Shown in pieces: positions 1 to 11,767 of a stretch of DNA of 64,000 bases. How positions within the stretch are numbered: the stretch's first letter is position 1; every line of letters begins with the position of its first letter. The notes under the pieces were generated by a model. The model was not told the DNA's origin, made no database searches, and saw only the letters and a list, made by a program, of their open reading frames with translations. A program made the translations under genes and the position numbers. Origin of the DNA: Zygnema circumcarinatum SAG 698-1b (Eukaryota > Plantae > Zygnematophyceae); NCBI GenBank assembly GCA_037447605.1, contig CM074807.1, forward strand, positions 2,366,327 through 2,430,326, given 5' to 3'.

Positions 1-191
1 GTTGTGTCTGCATGAAACGTTTTGGCAAATTGAAATCATGCGCAGGAGGCTTAACTTGCTGCCCCAAGCATGGCAGCTGCCTGCTGGAATTGCAGGTGCA
101 GGAGCGATACAATAAACCCACTCTATGATTACGCTAACATTCTTTTCTGCTTGCGGCGAACCGCCATAAGAACGAAGCAGAGCAGTGCCCT

Positions 192-3100
192 TCACGGTGT
201 CAAGAGGGCGGACGCGTGGGCGAAGCCTTCCCAGACGAACACATTTTGTCGCACAATCAAATCCGGAAAACGGGCTCGCAATTCTGGGAGTCTGCTTGGA
301 ACGGGATAGCAGCCGGTACACAACACGCGGAGCGCACAGTTTGCATTCTGCAGAAAGAAGCACAACACACGCACCAAATCCGAATGTAAGAATTAAGATT
401 CGACAGTGAGCGTGAGGGAGGAGCGAAGCTTTGAGAAAGACTCCTACGGAAACTGAGATGCATAAGGAGCTTACTTCTGGCAGTCTCAGGAGTACGTCAA
501 CAATGCTTTGGGCAAATTTCTGTCCCGGAACATCGAGCAGAACGAGCGATGATGCCACCATCCTTGGCAGCACTTGTTCAAGCACTTGCTGGATATTATC
601 ATTCTCAATTCCTTTACAGCGTTTCAAGAACAGCGCGCGCATACTCCTGCAATTAGAAGCAATAGCCCTGCAGCCAGTTCTCCGAAAAAGCACATCAGAC
701 CTCAAGCCTACAAACCAAAGCTGACGCTGTTTGTCACGATTTACTGCAAGTAAAAAAAGAAAAGACGTTTCCTGAAATCATTCTCTAAGATGACAGTTGC
801 GATGAAAACGTTACCTGATAGAAGAGCCGGTGAGCCGCTCGCAATCGTCGAAGTTCAGAACCTTCAGCTTCCGACACCCCTCTGTGAGCTGAGCCACCCC
901 TTTGTCGGATGTTGCAAGAAGAGGCTGTCCACGGCTTCCACGACATTCATAGCCCTGCCATTGGCCCTCCCAGCAGCACTATTCTCTCAGCATCTGACCT
1001 ACACAACGAGTCAATAGTTGTGTTTATTAAGAAGTCGAAGAGTTGCCGATAAATGTCATTGAAATGCAGAGGAAAGCGAGGATTTCGACAAGGTGTCTCC
1101 ACCATAAGGGTGAGGAGACAAATCTTCAACTTCGACCTAAATCAATGCATTGCAGGACCGCTCGGGCAGGTCAGCGAGACGACCTGAGATCGCAGCTCTT
1201 CCAGATTCGGGCAGGATTTTCCAATCGCCAGCAAAATATGGTCATTCGAATAAGGAAGTGCGAGCCGGCGAAGTGTGGGGAGGTTATGAACTAAATCAAT
1301 GAGGGTGTCTGACTCACGCTGCAACCGTCCACCAGAAGGCAAAAGCAATACGGAGAATTCATGATCATGCTAACATTGCAGACCTTTACTGCACTTGACT
1401 TATCCTCATGTATGTTTGTGATCCTTCTACGGTGCAAAGAAAATTGTTTCACTTTCTAACACACCGAACCTACTTGAACAACTTAGCGCGGAAAATCGAG
1501 GTGCGTTTGGGCGTCTCTGACTCTCAGACTCAACGGAATTCTTGTCCTCCCAGAGCTTCTATAACGACCCCAGCACGCGAGAAAAGAGAGCAAAAAAGTT
1601 GCACCTTTGTGAGGACCATGCTCTTAAAAGCCTCGTAGGAGATGTCCAATGTTTCGATGTTCAAATTGGCGTCAATGATGGAATCCCACGAGGAGTGAAA
1701 GGTGGTTTGCGCAAAAAGTTCCCGAAGATGACTTCCCATACTTCTCAGCATCTGTAACTTGGCAGCCGAGTCCCAAGAAACAGACTGGTGATGCTGTGTG
1801 CACAAGAGAAGTGACTGCAAAGTTGTCGGCGCATGAACTGCTCTCCAATCCTCCTCCGCAAGTGCCCCCGAAACAAGCGAAAAGGATTGCAGTTTCACGC
1901 AGAGAGCGAATGCAGCCTCCACCGTTTGCCAGCCCAAAGTGGGCCCATGGAGGCTCAAGGAGGCCATGTCCGGACATGAATTCAAAAGAAGCTCTGCGGC
2001 TTCAAAGGAGAGTTGACTGCAGTCGTCGAGGTCAAGCTTCCTCAGAAAGGGGGTCCTGAAGGGGGGCAGAACAGGCAGGGAGCAGGGAGGGAGGGAGGGA
2101 GGGATTCAACATACAGGAGGGGGTCCTGCACTTGTGGTTATGTTGTTGGGCAGTTTGACGACGTTGCGGAAAGTTGAAGAGTGACATCACATGTACACCA
2201 TGCTCGTGTCTCGTCACGTTTTCAGGATAGGATTAGAATGCACTATTATCCAGAATGCAGTGTGCTAAACTGGAACTGATGCAGAAACAGTTTGAGCGAC
2301 AGCAATAGCCACGCAAGGACTTCCAACGGCCTCTGTATGATACTCTGAAGGTGTTACGCCTACGCATCTATCAGTCACCCGATAAAAGTATCTCCTCATG
2401 CAGGTAAGCTGATACAAAAGGTAGGAAATGGATGAAAAATTACCCAGTACCTCTCAGCGAGAATCTGCATGAGGTTATCCCGAATGAGAATGTCCTTGTT
2501 TCTGCAACGTTTGTATGCGCCCTCGACGGGGAGCACTCCGGTCCATTTTCTGACATAAAGCTCGTGCCGGCCGTGCAGGTCCATGGCCTCCAAACGCGCG
2601 GGCACAACTGCCGCCGCCGCTTCCAAGTCGCTCGCAGTCATTTGGAGGCAGGCGACAATGGCGAGGCTCTGCAGATGTGGGAGAGCGCTCAGCATGCTGA
2701 CCAGCATGGGGCCTTGCAGGTCTGCAAGGCTATGCATCCCCACACAAGTGCAGGTTGTTAGGGAAAGAAATCTGCAACTTGGTTAAGATTGAAAGGAGGG
2801 AAAAACCACCTTCTAGAAATATCTTTTTGATTCTGCATGCACATGTAACGTGAACGCTGCCATGTCCAATGAGGTTGGAGAAAAATTGGAGATGTAAGGA
2901 GTGGTTATTGGCATAAACACATTCAAAGAGATTGATTTGATTTTGAGGTATCCTTGTTAGATAAAAGCAGAGCAGGGATGCAAAACCCTCAACAGGGGGG
3001 GCATACCCATGAAGGTGAAGAACTCGGATATTCGATGAATGCTGCATTGCGAGTTGAGAGACACCCCCGGCGTCCTTTTTCCAAACACACGCCGCAATTT

Positions 3101-3942
3101 GGAGCACAGCGTTCGCAATGTTAGTGTCTCTCGCTGAAGCATTGCCTTTGAAATTGCCACTAATGCTCCATTTAAAGCGGCAATCTGAGCGACAGGTGAA
3201 AAAAGTGTGACTCAGCCACGGAGAGCCATGGTGCCCACACTTCGCCGAGGTCAAACATACAAAATGACACCCACGCTCGATCAAAGTGTAAGAATTTATA
3301 ACATACCAGGCAGCCCCAAGGTTTCTCAAATTCGGTTGTGCAAGATGGAATCAGCTCAAGTACCTGCAAAATGCCAAGCAGAAAAAAATGTTCAATGGCA
3401 TACGGGGATTCGAGGGGAAGATGACGAAAAAATAAAAAATAAAAAAAGAAAAGAAAAATAAGAAGCTATGTGTACTTTTTCAGAGCTAGAAAAGGCTTTT
3501 GTAGATGCGGTCTGATCATCTCAACCAAGCATTGCCAATGCTGAAGCATGTACTTATCCGACTACTGCATCCTCGCTGTTAATAGTTTCCCAAACTATGA
3601 AAGTGTCCAATGAAGGTGAATGGATAGAGAAAGTCAAGGCCAACTTTTCAGGCTCCCCTTTCAAGGGCAAAGTCAATAAAAGCGACCTCACGGAAACTAG
3701 GCACATATTTTCTTTCCTTCGAGGTTCAATATAATTAAAATTCAATTCCCAGAAGACCTCACCGGCATGCTCCTTGCAAGAGTGTGCCACCTTCTGCACA
3801 CAACCACGGCGGAGCCGAAGAGAGAACGAGTCGGCAGGTGTGCAAACACGTGCTGCAGGGTGTCGTCGCTCAGGCGGGAGATGGCCTGCGCAGATCCTCC
3901 GCCTCCTTCACGTAGGGCTACGAGAGAACTGCTGGACGCCAT
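192..3942 (-). CDS. F-box/leucine-rich-repeat protein (multi-exon)
   Basis: Exon 1 encodes an F-box (ISRLSDDTLQHVFAHLPTRSLFGSAVVVCRRWHTLARS) followed by a GT donor. Downstream minus-strand exons give LRR-like units (LSALPHLQSLAIVACLQMT; HNLPTLRRLALPYSNDHILLAIGKSCPNLEEL; AIASNCRSMRALFLKRCKGI). The last exon ends ...ALLTP* at 192. Internal exon boundaries are only partly resolved. Confidence 0.8.
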
Positions 3943-3948
3943 GGCCCC

Positions 3949-4016
3949 CCTCCTCTCCTCCTCCTCCTCCTCCTCCTCCTCCTCCTCCTCTTCCCTCCCT
4001 ACCTCCCTCCCTCCCC
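3949..4016. repeat. (CCT)n / pyrimidine-rich microsatellite immediately upstream of the F-box ATG
   Basis: Run of cctcctcct... seen directly. Confidence 0.9.
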
Positions 4017-5132
4017 GGTTGCAGTGCAGCGCGAGCTGCCACGCGCTGGTGCGCGAACTGTGCGCGCATTCTTCCCCTCCGTGCCCTTACCGCGCTCTCT
4101 CGTACCGCGCCGTACGGTTTGTACATGTTTGTACAGTGCCTCCGAGTGCGTACGGAGCGACGCCCTGCTGGCGTCTCCGTACGGACTGGATGACGCGCCG
4201 TACGACGGGCCGTGCCCGCCACGTGCGCACGCGGTTCTCAGCCAGCGGTGCGCCACGTGGCATGTGGAGTTTGCCTGCCATGAGAGCTTATGAGAGCGAA
4301 GGTCAAAGTAGAACAGGGGATGCGTGTGAAAAACATAACTACAACATGTTGACTGACTCCCACATGGCGCCAACAAAGGAAATGAAGTAAAAAAGAAGAG
4401 CCTACTCCGACCCATACTGAAAGAAGAAAGAAAAAGACAATAGAAAGGGCCTGCAGAAGCATGTACATGTACATGTACATACGATGGCCTCGCCATCGTG
4501 AGTTCAATGAACTTTTCCCCTGCAGAAATGTTGAGATTATCCTTAGGGGGGGGGGTTGGCTTTCGAGAGCAGTAATATGATTTTGCGTTTAGAACCATAT
4601 TTGGCGGAACACACGTACTGGTTCCGAACTCGAGTTCTCAGACAAAATCATAAGCCAAATGGCAACCATTTGCTAACAATGATTGCGATTTGGCAACCAC
4701 TTTCCAACCAACGTTTGCAACCATTGAGAATGGTTGGAGCTAGCTAACCAATGGTTGCTCCAGCTGCGAGGAGAGGTCGCCGGCGTGCTCGCTGCATGCG
4801 GGAACGCCAGCTGCAGGCAGGCAGCAGTAAAGGAAGAGGATGGCAGGAGGGGAATGAGCGTGTGGCTGGAAGATAGGGGGAGGAAAGACTCCTGTGAAGA
4901 GGGAGAAGATCCGTAAGGAGCAGAGAAAGGGAGATTTTTTTTTTGAATTTAAAATCAAAGCGTGAAACGATTGTTTTTGGGCAGTTGAATGTTAATTTGA
5001 ACTCAAGAGGTCCAAAGAGAGAGGCATAGCGCAAGAAGGAGTCAGTTTATGCGGACAGCCTGTCCTCATCTTGCTTTGCACACTGCTGTTCCCACCGGAG
5101 GAGCAACTTTCTCCTTCTCCCGTCGATTGTAG

Positions 5133-6818
5133 ATGGATGGGCCGACTCGAGCTCAGCGGCCGAAAGAAGGGGAGGACTCGAATATCATGAGCAATGCCAG
5201 AAAAGCACGACTCACTTCTCGCCCGAAGGAAAATGGCCCGTTCAAGGAGGTGCAGGGAGGGTTGGTGTTGCCCCTCGGAGTTGGGACGAGGTGAGAGGCT
5301 AAATGAAATCAAGTTCGGTTCATATCCTCACTTAGGACGTCAGATGCTTCTTGGGTTTATATAGTAACCATTTCCCTCCTTCCCTACTATCTACTTAGAG
5401 GAACGGAAATACTTACTCCATACATATTATTAAACAGGGATGAGAGAGATGGGCTGATGTACATTCCGAAATCGTACAACCTTGAGCAACCCTCTCCTCT
5501 AGCAGTAATGCTGCATGGCGCCGGTTCGGAAGCGCAACAGGGACTGCTTCTATTGACAGCTTTGGCAGATGAGCGACGACTACTGCTGCTTGCTCCCGAC
5601 TCTCGAGGTTCAACGTGGGACATGATTCGAAGTGGATACGGACCCGACGTGGCCTTCATTGATAGGTGGGGCATTACAGGAGAAACACCGTGTATAGTGG
5701 TTGAGTGTGTCTCTCTCGCTTACACTATGTTATGCATAGCATGTACATCAAAATTGTTCAGATAAAAATTTCCACCTTCAACATTTCCTCGCTCACCTTT
5801 GTCGTTTAGCATCCTTTTGTCTCCTCCCTCTTCCCTCTTCCCTCTTCCCTCCCGCCCTTTCTCTTTCTTTCTGTTCCTAGGATACTTTCGCTCTATTCCA
5901 CTCTTTGGACAAAAATGTCAGAGCCTCTGAGTCTCTGATTCTGTTGCCCTGCAGAGCTTTGGCTAAAACGTTTCAAGAATATCATGTGGATCCTGCGCAC
6001 ATAGCGATAGGTGGCTTCTCTGATGGCGCCTCCTATGCTCTCTCTTTGGGAGTTAGCAACGGTCACCTTTTTAGGTAGTCACTTCTCCGCTCGTATTTTT
6101 TACAAACGTGCATTTTGCTCTACTCTATTTGTGCGTTAGCGAAATACGCAATAGAGGATGGTCAGGCATGAAAGAATTAGGTCTACCGTAACCCTACTTT
6201 GAAGATTCTTGCCATATCTGGTTAAACCAAGGCAGTGCTGGTCACTATGAGGTTTTCAAAAATACTCTGCATATCATTCTGGCCATTGGGGCGTGTCAGA
6301 CTTAAACGTTAGCATGCGTGTTCGTAAGTTCAGACTTAAACGTTAGCATGCGTGTTCGTAAGTTTGACACCAGAACGAGTACTCCAATAACATCGCGATC
6401 CTTCTGCGGCGGAGTACTTTCGTAACCTTTGTTTTCTTAACGCTTTTCGTAAAGATTTTGTTAAGTCTGACACCCCCTATTGTTATGATGTTCACCTCCA
6501 CGTAGCATACAGTAAGTCTTACCGGTTTCAAACCGTAAGCTATTTCTTTCGATATTTTTTTCACATGTGTGGGACTTCAGGAAAATTCTCGCATTCTCTC
6601 CGGGTTTCGTCAGGCCGGCGAGGTTTGAAGATTCCCCCGACATTTATGTGTCGCATGGGGTCAAGGACGCGGTCCTCAACATCGACTTCTGCAGCCGCCG
6701 CTTGGTTCCAAGGCTTCGCGAGGCTGGTTTCACAGTCGTGTATCGTGAATTTGACGGTGGACACTACGTGCCAAAAGCGACAGCCAAAGAAGCAGTTGAC
6801 TGGTTTCTAGAAAAATGA
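5133..6818 (+). CDS. Phospholipase/carboxylesterase (alpha/beta hydrolase), bacterial-like
   Basis: Exons 5133-5290, 5438-5665, 5955-6074 and 6581-6818 splice in frame (all GT-AG, phase 2). Motifs: PLAVMLHGAG, APDSRGSTWD, nucleophile elbow GFSDG, AFSPGF, SHGVKD (Asp), EFDGGH (His). The start could lie in a further upstream exon, since 5133 follows an AG. Confidence 0.88.
6289..6477. mobile_element. Tourist/PIF-Harbinger-like MITE in esterase intron 3
   Basis: Terminal inverted repeats GGGCGTGTCAGACTTAA ... TTAAGTCTGACACCCCC (16/17 match), no ORF, internal 34-bp tandem duplication (6296-6363). TSD ambiguous (ATT/ATTG on both flanks). Confidence 0.65.
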
Positions 6819-7234
6819 GAATATGCGTAGCATTACTTTTCTCACCCTACGGAGAGAGTGTCTCAATAGTATCATCTTGCAGTTTGAGGATTTCGTAAAC
6901 TAGTCACGATAGGTTTTCAATGTGTGGATTGTCTGAAATGCCAAGGAAATTACAGAGGCAATGATCCCTCTCAGTTTTGCCTCTTTTGTTACTGTCAATC
7001 CTCTTGGGGTCTCAGGTTTAACCTTCAGCAGGCTGCAGGCTGGACGCTGAAGGCCATCCGGCACTGCTGTGCATAACGTAGAACAGGAAAAAAATTGAGG
7101 TCCAGGACGGGATCAATGCCTGAGTGTTGTACTACTCTTTGTCAACTCAATCTGTAATCTGGTCAATGTGTGGCTTACTCCAGTGTTGACCACTTTCTTT
7201 CCTTATGCTTCACCGTAGCTTCTTAATTCACTCT

Positions 7235-8653
7235 TCAGCAAGTTCCTTGGCATACGAAGCAATGGACGACCGACCCACACATGCGGAATCCTGGAAAAAC
7301 ACAAAGTTCGACTACGGCGGAGTCTGACAGGCCGTGACTTCGAAGGGGTTCGACAAGTTTCATAAGCCTCTCATCAATTTCGTCGCCTTTGTCGACCCAA
7401 AAGGTGCAAATATGTCCAACAATGCGAGCGAACTGAATGATGGACCAGACCGCCTTGCACATCCTGACAAACTCAATCTTCCTTTGAACGTCGTCGCCAA
7501 TGATGCGTTGCATGGTCTCCAACTCATCTTGAGTTGAGCGAGCACTCGCATTACTGAATACACCTCCAAATTCCAATAGTCTGGACTTAACAAAATCGCG
7601 AATATGGAAGCTGTTGGACATTGCCGGACCGTTACTTCTCTCTTTACTTTCTTCCTTCGCGTCCGAGACACGCTGCCAAGAAGGACGACGGCTTCGGCCA
7701 CTCAGTCCCAAGGCCAGAGAGTTGAAGTCGGAGAGCAAAATGGTTGACAGAGCCGCTTCCAAAAAATACTTGATATTTGCTCCCCGCTGGAGAGCAACGC
7801 CAGGCTTAAGCTTTTGCATGTACTCACCAACACTTGCAAGATGAGCATTTTGCAGTTGTTGCTGTAAACTCCTCGTAAATACATGTACAGCCTTTCTGGC
7901 GTTTACAGTCAGCTCAGTCAGCAGTTCAACTATGATAGAAGCAGTGATACAGTTGGGCGTCTGACGAGGGGACACATCTGTCTCTATTTGTGTGACTATT
8001 CTAATGGAAGAATCATGTTCAAGCTGCGCAGATTTTTCAGTGCATGCTATCCTGCCCTCGGCAACCACATGTAGCTTCAGATGAGCCCTTCGCTGAAGCT
8101 CCGACAAATTATCTCTTTCCTTTTTTCTCAACTGGGAGTGCATGCTGGAGCTTTGAGGTTTGGTTTGGACAGAATTGGACTGCTTTCTCTGAACCTGACT
8201 CCCAGGATCACTGTGCCAATGGCTTCCAAAATCTTTATGACCAGTGCGTCGATCCTGTCTGGCTGGCATAGCTTCTAGTAAACCCAGGTGAGCTACATTG
8301 CTGAAGTCTTGTAAGTTTCTCCACATGACACCTACACTCGGTTCGCGGACACTTCCTTGTGAAGAATGAAACCTCCAAGAACCATTCAGCAACTCTTTAT
8401 GGTGAGAATTTTCACCCCTTAGTACTTGCAGCCTAAGTTCGATTTCAATCATTTCAATCTGAAGCTGAATGACTCTCAACTCAATTTCCAGTGCGCCTAT
8501 CTCAGCCACGAATTGATCCAATGAAAAGGCAGGGGATGACGTCATTTGAAGCAAGTGAACGTCCGATTTTGCATGTTCCACCTGCGGACCTCTCGGGCAG
8601 AAAAAAAAATCCCACGGCCGACAAAGTTGCTGCCTGTAGGCGAGTGCATTCAA
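7235..8653 (-). CDS. GIL1/IRKI-like (DUF641-related) coiled-coil protein, single exon
   Basis: 472-aa ORF with an N-terminal coiled coil. The C-terminus resembles the GIL1/IRKI family (ARKAVHVFTRSL..KYFLEA..FVRMCKAVW..VELCVFPGFRMCGSVVHCFV). The true start may be the internal Met (MTSSPAF). Confidence 0.62.
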   Translation of the reverse strand: MNALAYRQQLCRPWDFFFCPRGPQVEHAKSDVHLLQMTSSPAFSLDQFVAEIGALEIELRVIQLQIEMIEIELRLQVLRGENSHHKELLNGSWRFHSSQGSVREPSVGVMWRNLQDFSNVAHLGLLEAMPARQDRRTGHKDFGSHWHSDPGSQVQRKQSNSVQTKPQSSSMHSQLRKKERDNLSELQRRAHLKLHVVAEGRIACTEKSAQLEHDSSIRIVTQIETDVSPRQTPNCITASIIVELLTELTVNARKAVHVFTRSLQQQLQNAHLASVGEYMQKLKPGVALQRGANIKYFLEAALSTILLSDFNSLALGLSGRSRRPSWQRVSDAKEESKERSNGPAMSNSFHIRDFVKSRLLEFGGVFSNASARSTQDELETMQRIIGDDVQRKIEFVRMCKAVWSIIQFARIVGHICTFWVDKGDEIDERLMKLVEPLRSHGLSDSAVVELCVFPGFRMCGSVVHCFVCQGTC

Positions 8654-9259
8654 TTAGAGTAAAAAAAGTAGAGTTTATGTTAGAGAATCGTTGGTTGTGT
8701 AAAGAGCCTTGTGTCTATCGTAACCTAGCAGGACACAGACTCACACGCCAACGTACATTGTAGACTTTGAGGATAAAGATTGCGACCTATTACTGACACA
8801 TTTTATTCCAGCTTAAGAAGCTAGAAATGAAAACAGCAATAAAATCCGTTCCAGAAAAATGGGTTACTGTCATTGAGCTTGCAGCAGAGCAAACAATCGA
8901 ACATTCTTTACCTCCGCTTATTCTGATCAGCAAGACATCGTGGTAAATATCTCTGCCTGCAAACAGCGTGTGGTCTTTTTTACTTGATTGAGGACAAGGC
9001 CCAGCAGCCCGAGCAGCTTCGCCAATGAACTCCGTTTTTCCAAACTCGACGGAAACCTTTTTTTACAGTGCTTTCCTGACACGTCCTTGCTGCCATCCAT
9101 TGGAACGCTGTCATAGCGGTCATAGCAAGAGGTGAATCTTTTCCAACGCCTCGGCAAGCGCGCAGCTGCACGAGCGCTGAAGAACTCGCCTCCCGCAGAG
9201 CTTACACAGAAACCCGCGCCTGCAAGTCAAGTCTCTCGAGGGGGATCCGCCACGGTTTA

Positions 9260-9600
9260 GAAATTGGAACGTGGAAAAAAGTTGACGCTATGAATGGAGA
9301 TGGTACGGATGTGCCCCCACGCGCGCGGACTCCACTTCTTGCCACGTCGGATAGATCAATCGGAGGGACCTTCCTTCTCCGCCAAGGATTGGATCAAACA
9401 ATCGGGGGACAAACGAAAGGTGGAGTTCGCACGCGTGAGTGAAACTACCTCTTAAACACTTGAATCAACCCGAAAAGAAAGTTCAACTGTTCAGATCCAA
9501 AAACTCCAATTCCACCCCGACAATATGGCTTCGCCGACCGTGGCTGCATGCATGGAGAGGCTGGAATGCACGTGAGGCGAGAGGGCTGCTGCACGTGTTA
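9260..9600 (+). promoter_or_regulatory. ABRE/G-box + RY + DRE cluster upstream of the SMP/LEA gene
   Basis: GCCGAC 9533-9538, CATGCATG 9547-9554, CACGTG 9569-9574 and 9592-9597, ACGTGG ~9269, GCCACGT ~9341. Confidence 0.55.
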
Positions 9601-9858
9601 AAGCTCACGATTATGCTGTCACTATGAGGCATGCCAAATCTATGATCAAAGCCAGTACTTGATTGTCGAGATTTATGCTTTAATTTCTCCTTATCCACGA
9701 TTTGATGGTTATTGAAAGCGGACATTCCAGAATGGCAGCCGAAGAGAGTGTAACCCTCGTTTCCGAGGGTCCTCCTAGTAGTGCCCGTCCTATCGTTTCC
9801 GGTCGGTCAACAGGAGAGGAGCCGAAACTGCAAAAAGGATTTTTTCTAAGCCTCAGAA

Positions 9859-11767
9859 ATGCATCAGTCACGCGCGCGACAAGGCCCTGATCCGAAGGGC
9901 TTCACGCACGGAGATGTTCTTGAGGTGAGGTCTACATCAAGGATAATGATGATGGCCACGTGATACATGGATCTCCCTAACTGATTTTTTTGTGAGAGCA
10001 TTCACATGCGTAAATCTCCGGAAAAAAAAAAATCTCTCTTATGTGTTATTCGTGAACAGTTTGCAAAAGCGCCAAATTCATTTTTTTTCACAGCCTTCTC
10101 TTCCCATTCTTGTCAATGGTTCATGCTGAATGTTTACGCAGCAAGTAGCATTCTTAAAATACCTAGACTTTGTCCTGCGGCTCCTGCAAGCCCAGCTTTG
10201 AAACTTATAATCCTAGCACTTCTAACTGCTGGTAGTGACTGATAAAACTCGCTCCATACATGGTGAAGAATCAATTTGGAGAACATGGCAGGGACAGTGA
10301 GGCCAGAATATAAGCTAGGATTCGTTGGTGCACCAGCCATGACCCCCCGTCTGCCCAAGAGTCTGGGATTATTGTGGAAAAACAGAAACGTTTTAGATCG
10401 GTATTGTTAAACTTTCCTTGTTTCACTTGTTCGATTCTGATTGCAGGAGGTTTCTCAGCAATGCAAAGACGAACCAGTGACTCCTCGTGATGCTTCTGCT
10501 ATACAAGCTGCTGAGGCGAGGGCTACGGGACCAGGCCAACATGGCCACAGCCTCGGAGATGCTGCTCAGTCGGCAGCTTCGAGAAACGTGCAATCCGGAG
10601 CAATAATCTGGACGGAAAATGGCTGGGTTGCGGCACCTGGAGCAACACCAATCACACTTGGTTCCGTTCTAAAGGTCGGTTGCTAGATTGCATTTATCCT
10701 ATCATCACCTATCTTTCGTTAGGAAACGATGCGCTGACCAGCAGGTCGATTACAGTGCAATGCAAACAGTGTTCTAGCAAGCACCTTCTACAAATCCAGT
10801 GTCACTGCTTGAGAGTTCATTGACTAGCTTTAGGCTGTTTCACTTTCACAGGGTCTTGTAGAACTGCACTGTTTTCCTGTCGTTTCAAGTTGACTGTAGT
10901 GTGTATATTTAGTATTACCAAATTCATCGTGTAAGGGGGGGATAGTGTCTTGTGACATAAGAGGTGATTAGAATCGTTAACTTGTTTCAGTGATCTTGCT
11001 TTCACGGCGTTAAGCCTAGGGGAACTTTTTGTAGTCCTGATGTGATCAACTGATTTCGTTAGTTTGATTGTTTACTTCAGGATCCCAAGAGCAGCCTGCT
11101 ATCAGATAAGGTAGTATCCGGAAGTGATGCAGCAGGAGTTCAGCGGGCTGAAGAGCGCCAATCAGATCCACAAGAAAAGGGCAAGTTTGGAGTTGGTGTG
11201 GTCGAACGAAATACAGCTGACTACAATTATTCAATGAGAGACGAGGAAGTACGAAAGCAAGGGACGTTCGAAGAATCCGGCCAGCCTTCAAATGAGACGC
11301 AGACTTATCCTGTTGGAATCAGGGATGACGACATCTCAGGAGGTTAGTTGACCCAAAATTGGTATAGATGAATCTGTTTAGCACCTTCTGTCCATTTTCC
11401 TGTTTTCTCATACTACATATTAACGAGTGTATATTTGGCAAAAGGATGTATTAGGATGCAGTTGGATTTTTACTGTATGCATTTTCTCAAGTCATCAGTC
11501 CGCATTCTGGTTTACAATGGATATCGTTTTCACTCCGTCTCATTCTGATTCCTCCGCAGTTTTGATGCGTGAGTCTGATGACCTGCTCTGCTTTTGGCCT
11601 GCTGGTTTGTGCTTCTCATTGCAGAGCAGACAAAGGTGGCGGCGGAGCCTCCAGAGCAGCCTGAGCTGCCTCACTTACCGGCAGGAGCAGACTACCCTCG
11701 CGAGCAGCATGAGAACAAGGAAGAGAGATTGAAAAAGTGCCGACAGAAGGCAATTGTTGGAGTATGA
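9859..11767 (+). CDS. Seed maturation protein (SMP domain, LEA D-34-like)
   Basis: Exons ~9859-9924, 10447-10674, 11081-11342, 11625-11767. Two SMP repeats: FTHGDVLEEV..DEPVTPRDASAIQAAEARATG..AAQSAASRN and ITLGSVLKD..LLSDKVVSGSDAAGVQRAEER. Confidence 0.78.

Noticed and set aside
2948-2955. Perfect U12 donor GTATCCTT
   Set aside because: It lies on the + strand, while the host F-box gene is on the - strand.
6296-6363. 34-bp direct repeat of CRISPR-like length
   Set aside because: Two adjacent copies, no spacer, no cas genes, eukaryotic intron. It is part of a MITE.
9702-9890. 62-aa ORF overlapping the SMP start (possible uORF)
   Set aside because: No recognisable homology and the TSS is unknown, so it cannot be distinguished from chance.
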